Shown here: positions 48,862-59,510 of the stretch, piece by piece
How positions within the stretch are numbered: the stretch's first letter is position 1
Layout: every line of letters starts with the position of its first letter
NCBI RefSeq assembly: GCF_011386835.1
Contig: NC_088792.1
Coordinates: forward strand, 135,966,001-136,030,000
DNA length: 64,000 bases
Direction: 5' to 3'
Source of the DNA: Chrysemys picta bellii
Taxonomy: Eukaryota
Translations under genes and position numbers: made by a program
Notes under the pieces: generated by a model
Database searches by the model: none
What the model was told of the DNA's origin: nothing
What the model saw: only the letters and a program-made list of their open reading frames with translations

Positions 48862-50440
48862 GAACCAGGAGATAGATTCTGGGCTCTTTTGCACAAGGCT
48901 GTTTCTCCATCCAATATGAAATGTCATTTCGTAACTTAAAATGGGGAAATCATTGAGTGTCCCAGTGAGCCTTCCCCATTGATTGCAGCTACCTGGCTAA
49001 TACATTCTTGGAGGGTCTAATCTTCATGCTGGGCAGTGATAGTGTCATCAAGTGGATAGTAGTCCAGGGTGTACAGAGTCACCATCTCTCATGGGTGAAG
49101 GTTGGTAGGGACTGGGAGCCCTTCGGGAAGTCCCTGCCAGTGAGTCATCTTCTTGGGACAGGCTTCTTCCAGCCCCCTTGGGAGCACCCTCAGCACAGAC
49201 CCAAGACTGATTCAGCCCTTGAGAGCTGCCTGGGGTAAAAGGCACCAAGTTTCTATTCAGGAGGTGCTTCTAATCATGACCCAAGGTAACGGGCAAGGGA
49301 AGGTGCTCTGCTACCCCTGACTGGAGATGCCACACCTGATCGGCTACTTGTAAAATAATTGAGGTGGTTGGGTAAATACACCTTTCCCCATGTATGCAGG
49401 AAATCTGAACCATTCAATCAGGTTCAAGAGCCTTGGGTGGGAGCAAGTCTCGGAGGAAGAGTGTTTAGCCAAAGCCAGTCCATTAACCGTTCTACCTGGT
49501 GTGATCTTATCTTGATGGGGAGCCAGGAAAAGTCTTATAGCCTCCTTCTGCAGTGGGATTGAGGTCCTGGACAAAGTGACACCCAAGATAGTCACACTCC
49601 AGCATGGAGTACACTCGCCTCATGTATCCCAGTAGCCTACAGCAATAACATTTGATTGAGACCTCTTGACTGGTTACCGAAGGCTTCCTTGGGGTCTGAA
49701 GCCTTCAAGCACTGGGCCCTAGAGATACCCGGGGAGATAGAGGTTATATCCCTGCAGGTGCCTCCTGGCTCCACATGCTCCAAAACCAGGCCCAGCTCCA
49801 ACAAGCCTTGAATGACTTCAGAGGTGGGGGCTCTGAAACCAGCCCCAGCTCCAAACACTTGAGACTTCTGCTTCCAAAATCTCCCCATCATCTCTATGGC
49901 CTCTGCAATGGTTTCTGGGTTGAACCAACAGACCCAGACTTGTATGGCTACTGAGAGAACTTTAAAATATTGCTAAAACAATGCTGTCCATGAGGTAGAC
50001 TTCCCAGAGTCAACTCTTCCAAACAATTGCTTCTGCTCTAAGGAGACAGCTGCTTGTGGTTTCCTCCCTGTACCAGTTAGCTCATTTACCAAGCCTGCTC
50101 CAGGCTTCAAGTTTCCTGCAGACAGCTCCTCACTCCCTCTTACTCCCATTGTGCTTTCACATCTCTGTAGGAGAAGCAACTGTGTTAGGAGCAGCAAAAG
50201 TAGAATGAAGGCATTTAATCTACTATCCCAGGGGAGTATGTATAATTCTGAGTGATATAATACATGTACATGATTAGGAGACTAGAATGATAGAGTTAAC
50301 AGGGTATGTGATAACGAGTGAAGAAAAAATGTATGGCAGTAGGGAACAAGGTGGAGATTTTTTTAAATTTATTTCTGTAAGAAAATAATGCTTTGGGATG
50401 TTAGCTGAACTCTAATTACACTTCCAACCCTTCACCCTTT

Positions 50441-50776
50441 GGGCTTGTCTTCACTGCAAGTGTTCGCTTTACTTACTCCCCTTGAGCTAGCCTAAATCAA
50501 GTTAGAGCAACCATACTGAAAAAATACTGGAGCTACACAGAATGATTGGATTAGTAGCTGAAGAGTTATGTTAACCTGTTTCTGCATCCCCATGTCATTA
50601 CTAGCTCCAGTTTCACCAGCACTAGAGTGTCAACCCCCTCCCCTCCAACCCCGAGGCTAGTTAGCTTTAACTTAAAGCACCACTTAACAAAAGAGACTGG
50701 TACGTTTTGACAAGACTCTCTTTAGGGGCAAAATGCAAGTTATAGCTTGAGCTAAAACTGCAGTGAAGACAATCCC
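50441..50776. mobile_element. Old Harbinger-type MITE
   Basis: TIR GGGCTTGTCTTCACTGCA...TGCAGTGAAGACAATCCC. Confidence 0.65.
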
Positions 50777-53189
50777 AAAGTTCTTTTTGTTTGCAAACAC
50801 AACTTGAATCACATTGAAATGTGGCAGGAGGAAAGGCACTATGCAAATATAAGTCAATTCTCATTGTAACCGTTCCCTCTTCCACTGTAGTGCAGACAGA
50901 GATCACTGAAAGGATATGCCAATCAATGTGCAGCAGGTCATGTCTTCTTATTCTTTCCAGAAGAGTAAATCTCATGAAAGTATGTGCAGTTATGCACTCA
51001 TTCCCAAACTACTTCAAATCTCAAAACAGATTAAAGATTAATAGGCATAGTGCCCTCACATATGGATCATCAAGGATAGCAGGAAAAACAAAATAAAGCT
51101 AACACCGTTTTAGTGAAAAAGAATATGTAAATTGAGCTGAGATTCATTTTAATTATTGCCAGTCTCAAACTGAAGAAATGCTCCATGATTAGAAGTTTTG
51201 TAACTGCCACCAGAAGACCATTTAATGTATTGTTGTCAACAGTAACAGCCATTGCTGTCGTTTACTTGTACTACCACAAGCTGGAGCATTGCGACCTGCC
51301 CAACAGTTGAGTTGTACAGCTATATCTGAGAAATTTCCAAGCTTCTCTACCCAATTTGTAAGGGCTGTATACTGAAGGATTGTTTGTGTGTCACTCGGAG
51401 TGACAAGAATCCCTTCCACTTCCTTCCTCAGATGAGCAACTGATGATTCAGCTTCAGTGTGCCAGATGCTGTGGGCCTGATTCTACATTGCCTTGTACAA
51501 TGTACTGTAGTTACGTGTACACAAAGTGGGTGTAAAAAACCAGCATAGATAAATGCTTTACAGCCAATTATCACCCATGAAAGTGACTATCCAAAGTGCA
51601 AGACAGTGAAGAATTCATTTCTGTATGTTCATATGTTGCTGCTAATCTATCTGCTATACATGGCACTTGCCAGTGGCTTTACTGAGAATGCACTAAAATT
51701 GATTCATTAGAGCAATTAAGAAAACTCTTTGTTTTCCTTCCAGGCTTGTCTCTTTCATACTGTAGAAGTGGCACTGAATGGTGATGCTGATGAAAATCGT
51801 TATACCAACCCCTTCATTTCTGTTACCTAATTCAAGATTCCATCTAATTCAAGGAGCCTGCCAGGAAAAGTATGTTTTTGGCACCAGCAGGATTAAGTGG
51901 ATGCATCCTGTACATTACAATGATGAGGTGACAGTCTTCCTTTTCAGCTGTAAAAGCTTTTTTAAAAAAACACAAGAATATGAAATATTAAACATTTAAC
52001 AGTCCTACATCATGGCTATAACAGCACAGGGGGGAAATAAATTCTATAAGTATGGGCAGGCAGAGTTCTCACCAAATTGGCTTGTGAGGAGGTGGAATTT
52101 GCCCCGACTTTTGTTCACACTTATCTGAGAAGTACTAGAGGGTTCACTCAACCAAACCCATGGACCACAGGGAAAACTCCACCAGAGGCAACAACCACTT
52201 ACAACTATGCCAATGCCTCCTGGCCTCCTTGGTCATGTGGCAGAACAGCTCTTCAAGAAACCTTGTTCATATGAGTTCCAAGGTTGGTCTCAGTCCCCAA
52301 ACTACCAACTGGGGAGGGATTTGCTTTATGGAAGGACATTGGTGGTGGGACGGTTGGGGGGAGGGGAGAACTGGAGACTTTCACATGGATTAATTTTTGC
52401 CCCACAACGTAGATCCCCTTTCTTTTTTGCAAAAGCAGAAGAGGAGGAGTATTTGCTCCTTTATTTTTGGAAGGAAGTGGAAAAGGATTATTTCAATGAA
52501 TCTAGTGCTAAGAAGAGGGGACTGGATGTGACAGCTGAAAGAGAAGGCTGGGTTTCAGTTCAGAAGATAGGGCTATATTTTAATTTAATATGCCAATTCT
52601 GATTTGGATCCATGCAGGTAATCTGGTTATTAATGTGAGCTCAGACCAAACTGCTAAAGAAACTGAGGTGAACTTCAGGTAACCTCTCTACTCTTTTATT
52701 TAAAAAGACAAATGGAAGCTATAATGTTAAATTAGGCACATCTGCAAGAAGAGATAAGATTTGCAAGTGTAAGAGAATAATGCTGCATAGCACTTATATT
52801 TGAAATGGTGGGTTTCAGACCTATAAGTGAGGAAACTGTCTAGCACACCATTTAGAAGGGCCATGTGGCCAAAACAAACAATTATTTGTTTAGAGCATTC
52901 TCCACACCATTCATATTTTGAAAAAATCCGCCACTGAGTGGCAGAAGCCCGGAGCCCAGACATTAGGTGGGGCAAGCCCCCGTGCCCCAACCCCAGTCCT
53001 TGGGAGCAGCTGGAGGTGGGGGAGGCAAGGGAAGCCTCCAGCACCCCAACCAGTCCGCAGCAGAAGCCAAGGTATGGCAAGGGAAGCCCCCAGAACCCCG
53101 ACCCTGATCCCCCACAAAAGTGCTGGGGGGGTGACGGGAGAAGCTCTAACACCGAGCACCCTGCTGCAGCCCTGGGACTGGAGAAGCGC

Positions 53190-54552
53190 TGTAACGATGC
53201 TGGTTCTGGCGGGACCCAACTGAGAGTGCCAATTCAGGACAAATTGCTTAAAACAGGGCAGTTACAGCCCAAGGCTGGCGTTTTTTCACCTCTAAGGCAA
53301 ACCAAACCAGCCAGACAAAGAGGACTTTGGTCTTATCCCACTGGCTAACCACAAGTCAGGCAAGCAATTCCCTTAGACACTCCAGTTTCCCAGTATCATC
53401 ACCAGTGCCACTCGTTATGGGGACAAATCGTTATGAAAACCAATACCCCAGTAAAAGAAAAAAGGTTCTCTCGATCCCAAAGGAACAAGCCCCAGACCCA
53501 GATGAATATACAAATCAGATCTTACCCAAAAATCATGTTGTTGTCAATCCTTTAGAATCTAAAAACTAAAGGTTTATTCATAAAACGAAAAAGATATAGA
53601 TGAGAACAAGAATTGGTTAAATGGACTCAATTACATACAATAATGGCAAAGTCTTGGTTCAGGCTTGTAGCAGTGATAGAATAAACTGCAGGTTCAAATC
53701 AATTCTCTGGAATACATCCCCAGCTGGGATGGGTCCTCAGTCCTTTGTGTAGAGTTTCAGTTTGTAGCAAAGTCCCTCCAGAGGTAAGAAGCAGGATTGA
53801 AGACAAGATGGAGATGAGGCATCAGCCTTTTATAGCCTTTTCCAGGTGTAAGAACACCTCTTTGGGTACGTCTTCACTACCCACCGTATCGGCGGGTAGC
53901 AGTCAATTAATCTGGGATCGATATATCGAATCTCGTTAAGACGCGATATATCGATCCCCAAACGCGCTCACCGTCGACTCCAGAACTCCACCAGAGCGAG
54001 CGGTGGTAGCGCAGTCGACGGGGGAGCCGCGGCCGTCGATCCCGCACTGTGTGTAATTCAATCCAAGATACTTTGACTTCAGCTACGCTATTCATGGAGC
54101 TGAAGTTGCGTATCTTGGATCGATCCCCCTCCCAGTGTAGACCAGCCCTTTGTTCTTACTGTGGAAAATTACAGCAAAATGGAGTCTGGAGTCACATGGG
54201 CAAGTTCCTGCATACTTTTCTGAGTCACAAGGCGTATCTGCCTTCTCTCAATGGATCAATTGTATAGCTGATGGTCCTTAATGGGCCATCAAGCAGGCTA
54301 GGCAGAACTAACACCAACTTGTCTGGGATGTCTCCCAGAAGCATAGCATAAGTTTGAAATACAGACAGTATAGAGCCAATATTCATAACTTCAACTACAA
54401 AATTGATACACATATACAGATAGCATAACCATAACCAGCAAACCATTACCTTGTCTTAGACTCCTCATTTGGCCCTCTTTATACAAGATTTGGTGCCACT
54501 ACAGGACCTTGGTTGCAACCATATGGTCCCAGTTCAAGTCAATAACGTGACA
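53190..54552 (-). mobile_element. Solo LTR (Gypsy-like), 5-bp TSD, containing a Harbinger MITE
   Basis: Termini are TGTAAC...GTGACA. The TSD is AGCGC (53185-53189) versus AGTGC (54553-54557), differing by a CpG transition. Confidence 0.85.
53864..54148. mobile_element. PIF/Harbinger-type MITE (CpG-rich)
   Basis: TIR GGGTACGTCTTCACT...AGTGTAGACCAGCCC, with TTT on both flanks. It is homologous to 41570-41854 in reverse orientation. Confidence 0.88.
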
Positions 54553-55409
54553 AGTGCTCTCTATCTGCCACAGCCTCACTCCCTGCTACAGCCTGGCACC
54601 ATGGTGGGGGGACAGAATTTCTCCAGTCTTGGGGTTGCAGTGGAGAGGGGCATAAAGTAGCAAATGGTTTGTGGGGCCACAGTGGAAGGGTGGAATGGTG
54701 GGGGGGGGAGACCCTGGATGGAACAGGGACCCAGGGAAGGGGAAGAATGGGGTTGGGCTGTGGGTTGGGCCACAGGCAGAGTGGGTGGAATGGGGGCAGG
54801 ACTGGAGATGGAATGGGTGGGGAGGGCCCCCCACTTGTTCTGGCCCAGGAAACCTTCATCTGCCTCTGTATGGGACTTTCTGGTTTCTTTCATTTTTTGT
54901 CAAGAGTCTCAGATATCGGAACTTTAACACCACAAACCATTTGGCAAAACAAGCGAGGCAGCTAGAACCTGGGATGCTGTAATACTTTGACCCTGAACAG
55001 TATGCTGTGTTTGGACATTCCACTCCATTGCTCCACACATTAAGGAGAATGTTTGATCAGATTTGCATGCTTAATCTCAACTCCAGGATTCTGCTCTTCC
55101 TGCCTGTATGGACCACATGCAGGGAAAGGAGTATATCAGAGTCGAGATCTGCCCTTCAGATCTAAGGAGAAAATTGGGCAGTAATGTTGTGATAGTTGAA
55201 TGAGCAAACAGTCACAGCACAGAAGAATGAAGAGTGTTTCCCTCCCACAGTGTCTTCACCTCAGCTTCATGCGATATCATCCACTCTTATCAACTTCTCT
55301 CCTGCCTTGCCCACCCACCTCCCTCCCCTTGAGTGTCCCCTCTCCGTGCCCTTTTCTTTCCATTGAGCTTATCCCCTCCAAACTAAACCCACACTCCACA
55401 ACCTGTCTA

Positions 55410-55535
55410 TTTAGACTGTCAGCCTTCAGTGCAGGGATTGTCTACTACTCTGTTTGTATTGTACCTAGCACAATGGGGCCTCATACTTGGCTGCCCTTAG
55501 GAACTAATTTAATAAACATGATGAATAATAACTGG
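55410..55535 (+). repeat. L2/MIR-type 3' tail fragment
   Basis: AGACTGTCAGCCTTCAGTGCAGGGATTGTC...TGTACCTAGCACAATGGGGCC...AATAATAA. A related antisense piece lies at about 4165-4250. Confidence 0.6.
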
Positions 55536-57010
55536 TGAGCTTATGTCATTGTCCTTCGAAGACATATTCATTTTGTGTGGTATAATTCCACTACATACCA
55601 TTCTTGCAATAGATTATAGCAGCAATGAGAAACAGTACTACTCCTCATTTTCATTAGCCTTTCAGTGCTGCAATCATGTGACCACTCATATTGTAATCTT
55701 CTACACAGATTGATGCAGAGTAGGTAGCCAAAATACTGCAGGCAGAAATAATAGGGTTTTTTTGGTGTAAAAACATCCATCAACCTGCTACAATTATAAT
55801 TAGAAAACCAGCCGTTAAGAAAATGTATATTTATTTTCCTGCACAATATTTGACTAAGTGCTTCTGTGGTTGTGAGAGTGAAATAAACACGATGAATTTT
55901 GTCTGACTCGCTTTTCTTAGACTGAGGAAGAGACTCTTATGGAAGCACTGTTGTTGAACCAGAAATGTCAGTTTGATTGCACGTGTGCAATTCAGCTTTG
56001 GTTCCCTAACTTTATGGGTTCAGGTCTTTTGGATGCCCCAGCTGCTGTCAATTTTGTAGGTCAGCCACTAGCGTGCAAGATAATCTAACACTTGAGCAGG
56101 TCTGACATGCCATCCATCAGAGGGCAGTAGTGACACTTACACACTTTCCTGTATAATATTCTGAGCCTTTCTATGATAATATTTTTGGATTAAATTTTAA
56201 AAACTTGTTCTCTTCCACAAATTTTAGTAAGATTTGTTTCCTCTAGGTTAATAATTTATACATACTGGTGGAGGTATAATTGACATTTTGAAATACATTA
56301 AGGAAGTCATATTTTATTAGTGCTAGGTGGTGTTTCCACAATGGCTCTATTTCAGCTATTTAATATTAGTATACTCAGTCATTACTAACCACATTATATA
56401 GGACAAGTGGGAGTAGATGAAGATACCAACAAACTGAGATTTTCCTGGGATATCAAATGAAAGGAGTGATTTGAATGACAGGTGTGCATAGACTCTCTCA
56501 TGACTACCATGTTCTAGACATAATTCTGACCTTGCAAAAATGCATGTTACTTTCTTCTCAGACAACAGGAGTTGTATGTGTATTTCAAAGCAGCATTCAT
56601 ATTAGGTGGTGATCAGATTGAGAATTCGGTCCTGGCTGAGAAAGTTAGATTTGTTTCTAAAACAGTGTTTGTTTCTAAAACCCAAATATTCTGAAAATAG
56701 ACATGGCTGTCTCGTCCCAGTAAGGACTGAACACCAGCCAAATGTATTTGAGAAATAAAGACATTCATTAACAATATGGGGGGAAATCCATTTTTTAAAA
56801 TATTCAAACTCAAAAATGATCATTTAATTTTTTAATACTCAATAAATGCTATTTTGGAGCCAAAAGTCCGAAGTGTGAATGCCAGCATGTTGACTTATTA
56901 CATAAATATATATTTATAGGCTTGAACCAAAACCATGGTTCCAGAGAGCCCTGAAATTTACTGAAATTCATATCCAGTAACATGGTTCAGATAAGTATCC
57001 AGAAGGAAAG

Positions 57011-58250
57011 TGTGATCGTGGATGCTGGAGGGGCAAAACTGAGAATGCTCAATCAGGGCAAACTGCAAAGAATAGGGCAGATGATCTCCCAAACTGGTGG
57101 TTTATAATATAATTAGATTTACCAAGCCAGTCACAAAACAGCTTCTGTAATACCTTATTGATTACCAAGAAGCTAAAATATAGTTCCCATAAAGCAATCC
57201 AGCCTTTGGCTCCCACCAGACAGACAAGTTTAATGAGAGTTATTTAAAACCTTATTCACTATATCTAAAGTTCTACCAATCCTAAGAGATCAGACACATT
57301 CCCTACCAGGTTAATGAATATTTCAGATCTCACCCCAATACATGTTTACAGCTAATTCTTATTAACTAAATCTAAGATTTATTAAACAGGAAAAGAAAGA
57401 GACTTACTGTGGTTAAAAGATCATTATACATACAGATATAAATAAAGTGCTTAGGTCAGTTTCATAGCAGAGATGGTGAGACTGCTAATTGGTAAAAGTC
57501 CTTCCAGAATCAGTTGAATCGGTTATAGCTCAATAGGCAGTACACATGCAGAGTCTGTCCCAATTCTTCCATGAGAATTTGCAGGGATAATCCAGGGTAG
57601 ACCGGGAGACCTCAGTCGTGTGATTTGAACTTCCCCTGCCAAAGTTTAAGCAGATCCAAAATAAAACAGGATCAGGACTGAAGCTTCCTTTATAGCTGAA
57701 GCTCAGCTGATTAGCCTCTTATCAGCAAATGATCACAGCAGGCATTCCTTGGATGAAGGCTAGGTAATGTACATTGTTGCTTTGAAGTAAATTCCTATTT
57801 CCTAGGCACGCACCGATAACTATTTGCATTGATTACCATAAAATAATTAACCATTCAAATTGTTCATAGGTAGTTTACTACAAATTTCAAAGAGAAATAA
57901 AGACAATGATATTATTACATCACAAATTTCATCTAAATCTTAATATTCCCTTTTCATCTCTGAATCAATAAAATATAGCAATGGAACATTGCAGACAGGA
58001 ATCAAAGTTTAGCATCTCCAAGCTAATTAGATTACATTGTTAAACTTCTAACAAGATATAGGTAAACACAGACAAATAAAATTAGTATATATCCTTAATC
58101 CCCTAACAATACAAGCCTACATTTCAAGGGCTTTAGTTTATTTACATGACTTTGCTACCTATCTACAGGGCATGGCCCTGTTTACAATTTCAAGACTTTT
58201 TAATATGTCCTTACAGGTTGTTTTCTGGTCATTTAACCCTCCCTGTCACA
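57011..58250 (-). mobile_element. Solo LTR (Gypsy-like, related to 53190-54552)
   Basis: Termini are TGTGAT...TGTCACA, with flanks GAAAG/GTAAG (4 of 5 match). It shares motifs with the 53190 LTR start (ACTGAGAATGC..ATCAGGGCAAA). Confidence 0.7.
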
Positions 58251-58924
58251 GTAAGTGTGGATGATCTGAATTCATCCAACCCTCTTAATTATAAACACAA
58301 ACTGTAAATCTCCCAAGACTTTCTAGATGCAAAATTTCCAGTACGTCCTGATTTTAATCAGGATGGACATATTGGGAGAACAACTTTCTTAGCAATATTC
58401 TGGTATGTGTGTGTATAGTCTTTGCTAAAATCAAGAAGTGCACAGGCCTGGAAATTTAAAAGATAGAAGTGTTCTGAACTTCTGGACCTTAATTTCAGCT
58501 TGAATTAATCACTACAGCCAACTCCAGTGTATAGGTACATTGATTCCAATAGCGTTGCACTAGCATTTAATAGGGGGCTTTTAGGGGACTTCAGAGATGT
58601 AAAGTTCCTCTTGAAGCTTCATTAATATAATTGTAACTAGTACTTATTAGCATTGCTCAAGTTATTTTCATAGTGGCTGATTTTGTACTGCTCCCCTTGG
58701 AGCACTATTTCAGCTTGGGGCTTTCTCTAAATTTTAAGCGCACGTAAAAAAAAGGTCAGGAACAGCACTGCAAATATAACATTGGTTATACCTCCTACCA
58801 TAGTGAACGATGATTTCATATATGCATACACACACACCCATACCCTTTGACTGAACTTTAGAAAGGACAGTGATGCCTGATTTGTCACAATAGAGTCTTA
58901 ACTGAATTATCTCAGTTTTTCATT

Positions 58925-59510
58925 GGAGCCGTTTCTCCAACTCTGCCTCTGATCCCCTCTGATCTGGCTTCGACCCCCGCCACTCCACTGACACTGCTCT
59001 CAGCAATATTTCCAGTATCCATTTCCTACCCAAGCCTCAGTGACTATTCTCCATTTTAGAGTACATCTACACAGCATTTTGGAGTGAGCCTTCCAGCCCG
59101 GGTCAACAGATTTGTGCTAGTGGGGTTTGCACTTAAACTCTAAAAATAGCTGTGCAGACAGCACTTTGAAGTTGCAGCTTACCTACATTGGGAGGCTTTC
59201 TCCAAAATGCTGTGCAGACATACCTTTAGCCTCCTTGACCTCTCTGCTTCTTTAAACACTATTGATCACTCTCTTCCCATTGACATCTTATCCTCAATTG
59301 GCTTTCATGGTTCTATCTGCCTATCCAATTGCTCCTTCAAGACTTCTTCATCAGATTTTCCTCATGCCCTATCTCATTCTCTCTGAGTAGGTCCTTCACA
59401 GCCCTCTTGTCCCCGCCCTACACATCCTGTCCCAATCCAATTGTTCCTGTTTACATGGTTTCAGATACCATTTTTATGCGTATGCCTCCTCAAATCTGCC
59501 TCTCCACTTA
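58925..59510 (+). pseudogene. Ancient L2 LINE RT remnant, interrupted by a Harbinger MITE (59059-59224)
   Basis: DPL*SGFRPRHSTDTAL..., LLDLSASLNTIDHSL and GFRYHFYAYAS are degenerate versions of the L2 RT motifs QSGFRP.HSTETAL, LDLSAAFDTVDH and YHLYADD. Confidence 0.7.

Larger units (their letters stand above)
46010..50200 (-). mobile_element. Decayed Gmr1-like Gypsy LTR retrotransposon (gag with SCAN-like segment, integrase, then RT N-terminus), with two diverged terminal repeats
   Basis: In order on the minus strand: VWVCWFNPETIAEAIEMM (about 49930-49880), a degenerate Cx2Cx4H knuckle (about 49790), IDIVGPLGK...LVDYAIRYPEAIPL...DQGTNFVS and YPQTDGLVE (integrase), SKLRAKWQGPYEV, then QQRKQLDTLVRRYQDVF (pre-RT). 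Direct repeats lie at 46016-46165 and 50014-50147. Confidence 0.75.
52930..54900. mobile_element. GC-rich non-autonomous DNA-element remnant split by an LTR (boundaries approximate)
   Basis: GC/G-rich degenerate repeats lie on both sides of the LTR and join cleanly across the TSD (GGAGAAGCGC|TCTCTATCTGCC). Confidence 0.45.

Noticed and set aside
52207-52602. 131-aa ORF with acidic AEEEEYLLLYFWKEVEKDYF segment
   Set aside because: No recognisable domain and no convincing splice pair in frame.
54539-54982. Cluster of about 100-aa ORFs on both strands
   Set aside because: These are G-rich repeat artefacts within the DNA-element remnant.
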